From positions 13,392,001 to 13,456,000 of the forward strand of contig CM102285.1 in assembly GCA_046563655.1 (NCBI GenBank): a DNA stretch of 64,000 bases. The letters are read 5' to 3'. The notes beneath the pieces were generated by a model, which was given only the letters and a program-made list of their open reading frames with translations, was not told where the DNA came from and made no database searches. The translations under genes and the position numbers were made by a program. The stretch comes from Yuukianura sp. NJ FZ-2021. Its lineage: Eukaryota. How positions within the stretch are numbered: position 1 is the first letter of the stretch; each line of letters opens with the position of its first letter. Below are positions 26,501-39,300 of the stretch, one piece after another.

Positions 26501-29500
26501 CACACACGACAGCGTAATTTCCTTTAAAGCACAAAATCTCCCTTCTCCTGAAATTTCCCTTGTTTTGTCATTCTGGAACGACGTAGTAAGCCTAAGGATT
26601 TCCGTTGCATAAGTTTGTTATGGAATGTTAGCACAAGTGGTCTTAAGGGCGCAGGAGGTGAAAGTAGATGAAGGAAGCTCCGTTGCCTGGAAACGAAGGA
26701 AAGCTTTATGCTGAAAGCTGGAGAAAGTAATTCGAAACAAGGCCATGCATTCTCTGTTTTTTCAAAACCTGCGCTCGTTACGTAAGCACACTTTTCCTTC
26801 GTTAAAAATTTTTTTACGAAAGTAGGTTCGGAGAAAAGCGGAAAATTGCACACACTTGAAGCTTTCTCTCATAAACGGAAAGTCAGTTTCACTTTTCCAA
26901 TAATTTGAAATTTCTTTCTCCAAATTGGCGCTTCTTCAAATAATTCGAAATTTCTCTTTTCTAAATTGGCTCTCACTAAACCTTGTCACTCTTTGGAACC
27001 TAATTCCTCGAAATAGCTCATTACTTTAAAAGTGTGTGGGAAGAATTAGAGGTCAAAGATCATCTTTTCCTTAAAGCTGCACTTTCTCCTCCCTGGAAAA
27101 AAAAGATGGATGAGGGAAGCTCGGAGGAATAAATTGAGGAGGGGAATTTTGATTTGAGCTTTGGATAAGACCGGTGTGTGAAACCTGATTGCATGTTTTC
27201 CATTTGGTCGAATAATGGAGAAAGCCAAAGCTAAAGGAAAAGAAGAAGCCTAACCTAACCAAAGCCAAAGCGTCGTCCCAGAAATCGGTTTTGCAAATAG
27301 ATCGTTTGTGTAAATCTTTGTCCAAGGAAAAGCGAGAGGCTGAGAAGACGCAAAAGAATCCGATCTAATCGAGGTCCAACCCAAAAGCCTTTCCATCAAT
27401 CTCCAAATGTTCTTTGCTAGCACTAGGAAAGCAGAATCCTTAATCCAGGACCAACGGCTCCTTTCTCCGCTTTCCCCAATTTAATTCCACTGTGCTCATT
27501 CCTATGCAAAAAACTTCAACTTCCAAAAAAAAGAGAGTAAAAAAAGTTCTCCTACGTTAGATTTTTCTCTCTCTTTTTTTCTGGGAGAAAGGAGAAGAGA
27601 AAGTCTTAAATTGTGTTGCCGAAGGGCAGTGGATCCATTTAGGATGGACACTTTTTGAAAAGAAAAAAGCGGAAAATCCAGGAAATGGTATTAGGTAGAG
27701 AAGGGAGATCAAAATATGCAAAAGGAGAAAGGGATTTGAAAAGTGTCTTTTTCAAAAACAAGAAATTCGTTTTTTTAAAAAGAAGGTGGAATCCATCGCC
27801 ACTTTCTCTTCTGCGCCCTGCAGACCTTAACACGGAACAAACAAAAAGGGAATCCAATTCCCTAAGTTTTTTGAAAAGGTTTCTGCGTATAGCCGCAGAT
27901 CCTGTCCAATAAATTACTTTCACCGCTCATATTTATTTTTTCTTTCTCTTCGTCCTTCTTTGTAGACTAAACAGCAAGGAGGGAAAGTTTGAAAACGCAT
28001 ATCGATTTTTAGAGGCTCTCAAAACCTAATGTGAAATTATTCCATGTCTGTGTATTTTTTTTACTAAGAGATCCAATCGGAGCTTTTTCTTAGAAATAAA
28101 AACTGTGGGGGGAGATGCGTCACAAACTACGTCATAAACGCAACCAAAGAATTTTTTGAATTTGGGCACGTAGCTTTATTAAATTGGAAAAATAATTAAA
28201 ATAATTATATTTTTGAGGGAAATGAGTTTTATTGTAAAATTGAAGGTAGATGTGTGTTTAAATTTGGTATTTTTGATGATCTCTCATCTTCACCTTAATT
28301 GTGAGTCGTGATAGAGTGGGGGTATTTAGTGTTTTTGTTTATTTGATGAATGAAGGAATGAAGATCATTCCTTCAATCCTCAAGTAAAGGAAGACAATGG
28401 GCTGAACCTCTCTCTTCCTAACAATTAGAGGATGGAATAATGAGGCAGGGGAGAAGATGATGGGAAGGAGACGGTCCTTAACTACAGTGCCAAGTTCTTA
28501 ACTATCAGAGGAGCATTAAGAGACTTTAATTACGTTCTAATTGTAATTCTTTCTCTTTCTGGTACTATAGGAAACGTAAACTGCATCTTCTGAACTACAT
28601 CTCTCCCGGCCTAAGAAGAGATGATCTCCTGAGAACAAAACACTTTTTATCCCCTCATAATTACAAGTATCCAACAAAAGGATAATCACGATAATTGTTC
28701 GGCGTCGCCGGATTTTGGAGAAGTAGACAAAAAATAACAACGAAAAACTTTTTACAATGGAAAAGGAGACGCAACAGACGTGAACAATCAAGGTCAAAGT
28801 TCCCACCAAACGGATCTCAAAGAAGATGGTGTCACTCGTCTCGTCAGCAATACTTTAAGCCCTGAGCGCACAAATTGATGATTGACCGAATTTGACCACC
28901 TAACGATTAGGTAAGTTGAGCTAAGCTACCTTAAAAGTGCTAAAAATTAATCTAGTTTAGTTACGGTTAATTTACATTCGGTACTATTAAGTCTAAACTT
29001 AATGCGGAAGTTAAGTTAAGGTTAGCGAAAGTTCCACATTATCCACATGTACGCCAAATCCATATCACTGCACACATAAACTTCAGCTAAAGTGAAATTT
29101 CCTTACAGTTGAGGTCAAAGAATTTTCACGCGGCGCGGTGTTTTTGCATTTTGCTTGAAACAAATTTTCGGAATCTTAAAAAAAAAATCGGAATTTTCGG
29201 AATCACTTGGGTTTTTTTTTCACAGAACGTTTTGTGTTTATCAGTATTTTTTTTTTGAAAACATGCGGTAAGTTGAGCTGACCTTTGTGTGGAGCCCTTA
29301 ATTTTTGAAGTTGGGACTAATTGTTTAGTACCGTTGTCTAAGTCTAAATACTGCGGAAATGGGGAATTATAAGTGGTTTTAGTAGTATAAAATTAGTTTA
29401 ATTATTCCTTCGGACCATTGTTGTGCTCGCACAGAGCAGATGCTTGAAGGTTGATGTTGAGATTGGGGTCGAAAGGTTATGGTTTGTGTTGGTGGTTCCC

Positions 29501-30361
29501 GTGTACTTGCCGTGTTAAACAGAAGTGGTACATAAGTTCTTGGAGTGATAATTATCTCAAATTAGAAGGAATAAAGGGAGACTCCGCCGCAACTTCTCCC
29601 TGGAAATGATTCATGGAAAAATGGAAATGCGTGCAGAAGAACAAATAGCAACTTTCAGCCGCCGCCGCACATAAGTCTCCATTTTTTAGTTTTTTTAAGA
29701 ACAAGGGACCGGGGGAAATGAAAAGGGCGGATGCAGCAATTATGCTTTTCCTCAAAAAACTTCCAAAATCCAAATCCATAGAAATTTTATATTAACGAAA
29801 TACACGAAATGATGCAGGATTCCATTGCAGTGCCAAGTTTTCTTCTACTTTGGCAATGCAACTATCACATTTTCAAAAAATGATAATTTATCAGAAATCA
29901 GAAAAGTTAAAATTTAAATAAAATGCTGAAATTAAAAAGCACCGCCAGCATGCCAGCAAGTGTAAAATGAAAACCACTGACAAAATTGAGCATCTCAGGC
30001 ATCTTTTATCCCGGGACATCGAATTATATGGAAGATTTCCCTAAGCTTTAAGTGACGTTTTCGAAATCATTTAAAATCAATGAAAGTCAAAAAATGTAAT
30101 TTTGCTTTCATCACTCTAGTTAGCAATTAATTAGCTTTGAAAGTTATATATTAGCTAAATATAAGTTAGATAATTTCATTTATATTTTATTAAAATGTTT
30201 ACCCTTATTTTTAGGATTTAGTGCGTGAGACGCACTTGAAGAAATTTGAAATCTCAAGCGCGGGAATCTCACAAAACAGAAAAAGTGACAGACGGAACAG
30301 GTGACAAATCAGCTGCTGGACTCTGTGTGTAAAATTACATCTGCGTTTCTTCAGTCGATTA

Positions 30362-33300
30362 ATGAAACTAATTACTGCTCAAGTAGTGATAATTACAGTG
30401 TGTTACGTGTCACTCTTCAGTCCATCCACGATGATCCGGTCACGCAATGGTTTGACTCGAACAGTTATCAACAAGATTGACAAGGACCGGAAGTTGGCAG
30501 CCATGGACAAATCAAAGGTAAGTAAAAATCAACCTGCTACTAATTAACGTAGCCTTTAGTTTCTCAATTAACGATTGATTAGTGTATTCTGTGTTGGATT
30601 CGCAATAGTCGTTAACTTTCTTTTATACAGTCAGGGTCAAAGGTTACTGGAATATGTTGAATTTACCTCATGGACGTTGGGAACTCGTTTTCGTTTTCTA
30701 CTCCAGGTCAAGGTCAAGGATTTGCTTAGCTGTACTCGTATGACAAGGAATTTACGTAATTCGCATTTATCTCAGGGTAACCAACTGGTCATGTTCCTTT
30801 TCCAGTCCAGGTCATGTTGAGGTCAGGGATATGCTAGCAGACGACAAGGAATTCAATGAATTGATGTGTGGATAGTTCGAAACTTGCAAGCTGAAAGTTC
30901 TTAAATCTTTGGATGTGAATTAGACACGCAATTTGCTTTTCCTTGTACAAACTCTCTGCCCAATTTTCATTTCCTTGGAAGGCGATTAACAAATTAGTGG
31001 ATTGGAAAGGCCCCCTTTATACCCCTTCTCTACCACATAAATTGGCTTTCCTGACTTTCTCCATTAAAATCTAAAGGGCTCATTATTTTATTTAGGCGAA
31101 AGGAGTAGAGAGAGAGGCTTGAATTTGATTTGGGTGTGTCTATCCAGGCTCTTCTGATCATTAAATATTAACGCAATCATCCCAGTACTACTTCCAAGTT
31201 AATTTCCTTTTACACTGCAAAGTCTTATAACTTCTAGAACATCACCGCACCCCCAAAGTCATTTTAAGAGCCGTGATAAGCTGGAAGAGCTTAAGTAATT
31301 TATTTTTCTATCTTCTACTACTTTTCCCCGTTTCAATTAAACATTCCACTTTTCTTTTATCCACGAGAGCCATTGGGTTCAAGTTTTCAAAATTTACCAA
31401 AACGGGAAAACGGATACGCCGATTAGATAATTTCTCAACAAATTACAAAACTCGTTGAAATTATGTGAGTTCTTGCGAATGATTCTACACGGAAAATGAC
31501 GCTAAATTCAACTCATTTTTCTGTTTCTTTTCGTCATGTTTTCGAACTTGAAAAGGAAAAAATCCAAATTTCGAATTCATTCTGGATTTTTGAATTTGAA
31601 GCATTCGAACTTCGAAGCGTTTGTAAAAAGAGTGTTTTTGAGTAGGGAAGAATCGCAGTTGCCGTTGGGTGTAGAACGGCACGGATTGTGGTTTGGACGG
31701 TTTTGTAATTTCTTTAATGCTTTCTCTTCTTGTAGTGAAAGTGGCAGGGAAAAGCGCAGGAAAAAGAGACTCTGTGGAAAGGGGATTTGACTTCATTTCA
31801 TTATGCCGTTACTCTCATGTGATTCCAGTGTTTCCTTAATCTCGGCCTGATGTTTCACTACCTGGAGGCTTTAGGAAACTTTTACCAAACGAAGCGTTAG
31901 ATTTGGTAGTGTGAGGTTCCTCATCCTGTAAATTGGAGAAAAGGCTTTGATTCCCATAAACTACAATTTGTGAGGATAATCCATCAATTAGTCCTGATAG
32001 GTATTGCTACCCTGCAAACGAAAAACCTCCAACAGCGTCAGAATCATCTTCTTCCAAACGCTAAATTCCCCTCCGCACTTTCTCCACACATTAACACGTC
32101 TCATAAAAATATGAACCAAGACTTACGACCCGAACGCTTCATCCTTCTCAATTCCCGCCAGATTTCGAGTTCCGGTTCCCGGATTTTCCAGAACAGAGGT
32201 CGCGCGGACCGGAATTAAGGTTAGGTTTAGGAAATTATACGCTAGGGAATGAAATAATTGTTGATTTCAGCGTAAGTTTGTTAGTTAGGGGTTAAATTGT
32301 TATGATTTTGATGAAGATGGAAAGGTGTTGATGAGTGTGTGATTGAATTTTGATTTGTGTTTGTAGCGTGTTTTTGTAAAGAAGGCTGCTTCCGATCACT
32401 TCGTGGCTATGATGGGTGGGGAGGGTGGGGCTGGATGGTGGAGCCTGCTGCTGTTGGCAGATTGAATTGCTTTTCCCTGGTAGTTAGTAGATTGGAATGG
32501 GAAATCATAGTTCTTCTTCTCCTTGGATTTTCGAATCCCATCCCGATAGTAAAAAAAAGCAAAGGCATCTTCCACTTTCTTCTTTCGTTCTTTGGCACAT
32601 GAGAGATGGTACAATGGAGAAAAAAGAAAATCAGAGTGAAAGGAGAGAAAGAAAATTGGATGAAAGCATTGCATAGTAAGTGAGTAAAGTGTGTTTGTGT
32701 AGGTAGATGATGGGACGAAGGAACACACATTATTCTGGGTACACAACTCACATTTTCCTTCTTTTATTTAACGTATAGCTCCAGAATCCTCTCCAAGAAA
32801 ACATCCAAAATCTTCACACAGACTGGCTCCAACAACTTTCTCCTTTATGAGGAGAATTGAATCGGAACGAACGAAAAGTCCTTTACATCTTCTCTTTTTT
32901 GCATATTACAACATTTTGTTCACTTTCATTTCACTATAGTACTTGTCCCACTTATTTTCAACCAATCCCATCCTCACCTGATCACCCGAAACGTTTTTAG
33001 CGATTTTTAGAATCTGTAAATTAAAAACCTTGCGCTAAAGTCAAAATTTTTGAATTAATTTGGCGATTTTTTTTTTTTGGCATTTTTCAGTGGTACAAGA
33101 TAGACGAAAGGCAGCTTCAAGAACTTTCTCCAGAGATTTTCAGAAAATTTCAAATTTTGACCTTAGATGAAGAAACGGTTTCGTTTTTGGACAAATGCAT
33201 TGAAAATTCAGATAATTTGTGCTGGCAAATCTACGTCAACTTGGCCACTTCCATCCTGTCATGGTTCATGTCTCCAACGTCTATCAACGGGTAAGCCCTG

Positions 33301-36300
33301 AATTTTTGATTTTTTTTTTTGAAATTTTGAATTACCCTCAATGTGGAATGGAATTGACACTACTTTTAGAAAAAAAGAGATTCAAATTCGGGGAAAGTAG
33401 AATTTGATCCCCAGGGGGAATTTGGAGGGAGGGAAATGAGTTTGGTTCGAGGTCATCTCCATTCCATCTCCTCTCTACTTTCATGCTTTCCCCGTTTTTT
33501 GCGTTTCCAAAATCTAAAAGTGTCACAGATTTTTAAAATGAACTGAAAGAGACTTTTAGAGTGCTCGAGGCTCAGAATCCATAATAGGATTGGACCGTTT
33601 AAAGGTTTCCAGACACAACTTTGTTCTCAGAATTTCTCATTTCCGCTAAAAAAGTCTTCTCCCATGTCCTTTCCTGTTGATGTCTACACATTATTCCGCA
33701 GGCCAAATTGTACGATGTCGATCACATGTAAAAATTTTCAGTTTTGTTAACTTCAAAACAGAATTTTCCTAAAGTTGTGCGGTTGGCATCATTGATTGTC
33801 CGATGATGATTTTCAGTCAAAGTGTTAAATTTTTTCAAGCCAATTTTAAAAAATTTGAATTTTTGGAGTACATTGTTGGTAGGTTTTGCACTCAATTCAG
33901 CAGTAGTTGCTACTTTACTAACGTCTGTTTTTGGAGCGGGATTATTTGAGTTTTTGAAAAGTGGAGAGATGGAAGGTGAGTGAAATGATTAGAGAAAAGT
34001 CACTTTCTCCATATGGAGAGAAAAAATGCTTTTAAAGGAGCCGAGTTGTTCCCCTAAGAGAGTAAAAAAAGAAGACGGTAAAAGTCTAAGTATTTTATAA
34101 GTTTTTCTTTTTTTGGAACATTTTCTGTTTCTTTTCCATCGTATAGTTTTGTAGTAAGTTGGAGTGAAGTGGTATCGTAGTAGTAGGTGCCGTGGGATCT
34201 TTCTCACGAACTCAGACTAGAGAAAGAGAAAGTGTCGTTTGGGAGTGAATGAAGAAAAGAAAGTACAAAATATGGATGGATTCTTTAGTGAGATTTTTTT
34301 TTGTTCTGGGAGACATGAATTTTCGATTACAGGGTTTTAGAGCTCGTGGCAGCCTTTCAAGGGAGACTGATTTTTTCAATAAACACGCATGAGTTCGTTG
34401 ATTTGGGAGAAAGGGCGAAGTGAAAGTTAAAAGCTCAGAGAGCCTACGTCTCTGCGTCTGTACTCTCTGTGTCGTGTAGATCTTAATGCAAAAGAGAGGC
34501 CAAATGTAGGAAAGTCTCTGCTACTTCCATCTTCCTAGGCTTCTTCAGATGGAAATCCAAGGAGAAAGTAGAGAGGAGGAAGAAGCGATATTCAGATTCC
34601 CAGACACCTCCCGCCTCCTCCTTTGCCTCACGTCTTTCAATGAATTTTTAGAACTTGATGGGCTTCAATAACGTTCGAATCGATTTTTTCAACATTTTCC
34701 TTTCTCCTCACATGTCTCATCATCATCACACTTTCTTCTTCTTCTTCTCCTGAAGAAAGTGTAGGCCTCTCTACATCCAATTCAACTTCCTCTCAAAACC
34801 CGTAATTTTTTGAACAGATTTTTTGGAAAGTGGCGCAAAAAGTTGGTCGGAACTTGCAAAAACGAGATATAAGGAAGATAATTTTGCAAATTGCGAATCT
34901 ATAACTTTACCTGAACGAAAGCTTTGAAACTTTTGATATTTTTGTGTAATTGTGGATAGGAAACGTCGTCTTAAATTTAAACGACGTTTTTGAACTTCTG
35001 AATGTATTTTTTTTAAGTTCTGTGCTTGAACTTTGAGTAAGTTGCAATTAAAATGTTTTTGGAAAGGTTAAAATCTAAATTAAAAGTTTGATTTAATAGG
35101 TGAGTTTTTGTGGAGAGTGATTATTAAGTTTCTCACTTTGTGATTAAGAAAGATGATGATTAATTGGAGAAGGGGGAGGAGGACTTTGATTATTGCATTC
35201 CCATCATCTCCCATTAATATTCATAAGGGACAAGAACAAGTTTCTGGAAGAGGGTTTTTGGAAGCTCACATCTCAATTTGGTCCGTTTTTATATGAAAAA
35301 GATGATGAATTGCTCCACTATTTTCCATTCTAGCATCTTGGGTAACTTGGTTTTCTTGACTGCTTGCTCCTGGATGCTGGAACTACTGGCCAAAAGCGGT
35401 TTTGTGCAAACCAATGAGCTCTGCGTATAAAATTTTTGATGGGTTTTTGTTCTTGGTTTTCGATGGAATTTTTTAATCATCGAACATGCTCTTGTGTCTT
35501 GAGGGAAGGCGATCCAGGAAAATGTGATATCTTGATCTTTACTGCTTTTGACTAATAGCTGAGTAGAGACTAATTGCACATTTTGAAACAAGAAATTACT
35601 TCAGAGAAGCCGCAAGCATCTCCAGAGATCGCTTTAACTATTCATCTTCATGTTGAAGTAAAAATGCAAGTTGGAATTTGATGAAACTGTAGAATTCGGG
35701 TTGTTCTAAAACTCTGGAATTTGGTGTGAGAAAATTTAAATGCAAACAAAGTGAGGAAATTCAAAAATTTTCAAAAGAAATGATAATTTTGGTTTTAGTT
35801 TGTGCGATATTTTTTGAAATTGAAAAACTCGAGGCGTGAGGTGGGTTTTGTTTAAACTTTTGCACTTTGTTTCACATGTGTCAGAGCTCAGTTCATGTTT
35901 TTTATGGAGTGTATGTTTTGAGCATTTAAGTTTGTGGTGTATAATTGACAGAGGGGCGTAAGTTTTTACCACCCTTCCAGGGAAAGGCGTGTCACCAATT
36001 ATTCTAGAACAAGTTCTGACGCTCATAATCTGACTGCTGAGCAACAATGATGAGTCTGACAGCAATTATCCCTTAAACTGATCCCTTACACTTCAACATT
36101 AGCTTTTCAAGGGCCCTTCAGTAATTTCTGGAGAGTGGAACAAAGTTTTGTTCTTTGTCTATTTCAATTGTTACTTTTTAGACATCTAAACTTAGTCGTA
36201 AGGAAATTGTGCTAAGGAAATGTTAAGGAGAGAGAGACCTGGATTTTGACAGAACTTGATCTGTATGTGACAGGAGGAAGATGACTGGAGATTCTGAAAA

Positions 36301-39300
36301 AGAGACAAAGGGCTGAGTCTGTTTCAAAAGTTGTTTTTGAATTCAATTAGTCAAGGGAGCTTTTTTTTTTAACATAGGAGGCATTTGCCATAGTTTCTGG
36401 ATAATTATGCACTGAGTGAAGAGAGAAGAGTCTCTTGTGCATTGTAATGAACCTCTTCTGCAGAGAGATCTCTTGTTGTTGTTCTTTTGTTGTGTTTATT
36501 AATCTGAGAAGAATCATTAGGAAGATGACTTTAGAAGATGAGGAAACAATGGAAATTTTAAGGAGTAATGAATTCATCTCCCTCTCTCCCTAAAACCAAC
36601 TCCCTGTCTTACCCATCACTCAACTTACAAACAAAAGGAATTAGAAGATGTGTCTTCTGGGTCCTTAAAAATAAGAAACAACATCTTCATCTTCATCTTC
36701 TTTCCTAAATCACTTTTTAAATGAGCACAACACATGTCACGGCGAAGAAAACATTGGTTAAAGTGAACATTTTTAGTTTAACAAAGTTAAACGTAGGTGA
36801 GAGAAAAAATAAATATAAGTAAATATAAAAAAGACAGAATTTGCCAGTTGCAATTTTGTTATCAACGAGGATTTTTGCGATTTTGATAATTTTAAGGGAG
36901 ATTTTTGAAATTTTAATAGCTTCTTTCTTGAATTCTTGGGGGTCGAATTTTTTGAAAAAAATTTTTTTTTGTTGAAATTTTGAGTTTGTGAGCTGTGTAT
37001 TTTGGAAATGGTGTTTTAAGGAAGGGGTTTAAATATGAGGATTAAGTAGAGATTGGTGAGGTTGAGTGCTGAAGGAGGCCATTACATAAGATGTTTTGGT
37101 GGAAGTGAAAGTGGGACCATTACATGCATTAGGAGAGGCATTTAGACTGCCCAAATGCGTTGGTGCGTTAGTGGAACTTTCCCTTTTGGCGGGAAAGTGC
37201 TCGGAAGACTGCCAAGGGAGGAAGTGGTAAACGTCGTCTTTGGAGATTTAATAGCTATTTTGTCCCAACTTCCACCCACAAGAGTGTCCATGTCCTGGAC
37301 GCTCATCCTCCAAAAAGGACTTTCATCCAAGGGGAAATCACACTGTCAACTTTCATCTTTCAAACTCACTTGCATCCAATTTCTCCGTGTAGAGCACATT
37401 CTTTTAGTTTTGTTTCTTTGTATAAGTCGTTCTCGATTGTGATTGTTAAGCGAGAAATTCTGATTGTATTTTACGGGATTTTAAAAAGTTCTGAAACACA
37501 AACTTTAGAATTTTGTTAAATTTTGATTTGAAACATTTGTTTGGTTAGGATTTCGATTTGGCTAGTTAGGTTATTTTTAATTTTGATGAGCATCTCTGGA
37601 TTGATGACTTTTACTAATATTGATGATAGGTCGTGTCGAGTTGTGGAAGTGTGATGGACGTTTTGGGCTATGTCCTGTGGAGTATGAGCATTCGATTTTG
37701 GTTCTGAAATGGTCCTGGACGAGCATCTTTCGTGTAATTTTGAATCTTGTGAATGAAGAAACTGCTCATGTCGGGAGATGAGAAGGAGTGAATGGGAATT
37801 GAACAGAACTCAATGAGAAATTATGAGTCGATTCTATGGTCATTCACTTTTATTAGAATGGAGGCTTCATACGGGTACTTAAGGATTCCATGGATTCACA
37901 TCAGCGGTGTACTGGACACCGCGGGGTTCTTGGATCAGGAGATTTTCATTTCATTCTTCCAAAATCATTGTTTTTCTTTTCAATTCTGACGATTTTGAAA
38001 CCAAATTTCGAAATTTTGAGATGTTCCAGTTCCAACTTCCAGCGATTTTTGCTTTGATCATATTGGGAACCACAACTTTGCAATAACTGCAAAATTCTTC
38101 TGTACTATTTTTTCGTGTTTGCATTTTGTTCATGTGGTTTCAAACTCTGAAATTTTTGGAGAAGGTTGAATATTTAGGATTTTTTTTTTTGAAAATGTTT
38201 GGAACTTTTGGAAATGGGGCAGAAACTGTTTAAGGATGTGGTAATTGTTGGAAATTGGAAATGGGAGTTTTGGCGTCCGATGTAAGAAGTGGGTTGTGTA
38301 ATTTTAAATATTTGTGTTTTGAGTTGGTTTAAGTGCGTGTCCCTTGGGCTTTTTTTCTTAGACCACCACCACCCCCATAATTTTCAGTTTGGTTGATGAT
38401 TTATTCATTGTTGCGCTAACAAAAGTGGAGCTTTTCTGGAGGTGTAGTTGTCTCTGTTTATTCTGGACTGTAACATATGTGGAAACACGAGTGGTAGTTT
38501 TTGAGGTTCCATTTTCCAGTAATAAGTCGTCGCATGATTTTTGGTAGAAGGTTGAATGGGGCGGTTTCTCTCCTATTTTCGGTGGCCTGATTAGTCTAAT
38601 TTTCCCGGGATTAATCAAGGGCTAACATAGGTTTGGAGAGGAAGTCGTCGCGTGTGGCAACTTTGGAAAATGGAGGGAACTTTTTAGTAAAAGCGGCGAA
38701 AATTCAAGTGAGCAGCAGCAGGACTTCGGTAGCCATTTTTCTACCTAAATTCCCAGCATACGTTTTGAGTTATAAGCAGAAACAGCTCAAAATCGATACT
38801 ATTTGAAAATTAAAGCAAAATCTAATGCAGGATTTCCGATTTCCGGAAACTTTTTACTACAAATTTGAAAATTTGATTGAAAAAAATCCTGATCTGATGA
38901 ACAACGACTGCAACTTGTTACAATAAATTTTTCTGGGTGAATGGTTGAAAGATGCTTTTCTAAAGTTCTTAGCGCATTTAATTGATTCTGCGTCTCTAGA
39001 CGATTGTTAATTTGAGTTTTCGAAATCTCCCGCCAGTTAATAGTCGGGTTCCTAAGGGTCCGTTTTCTACTGGCGCTTCTGCGCAATCATTCTTCTAAAT
39101 GAGTGCCGTTGCTAAGTAACTTTCCACTTGTTCTGAAACCAATTTCCAAAGTAAGACAATTAAGTTGGGCTTGGACCTCTAATTTTAGTCTTGGATTCAT
39201 TCCGTGTTCTGTGTTTTTTGAAGCTACCGTGAATCGAACCAAGGCCTCCCCTAAGTCACCACCACCAGCACACTACCTATTAAGGCCACCTTCGTAATGA

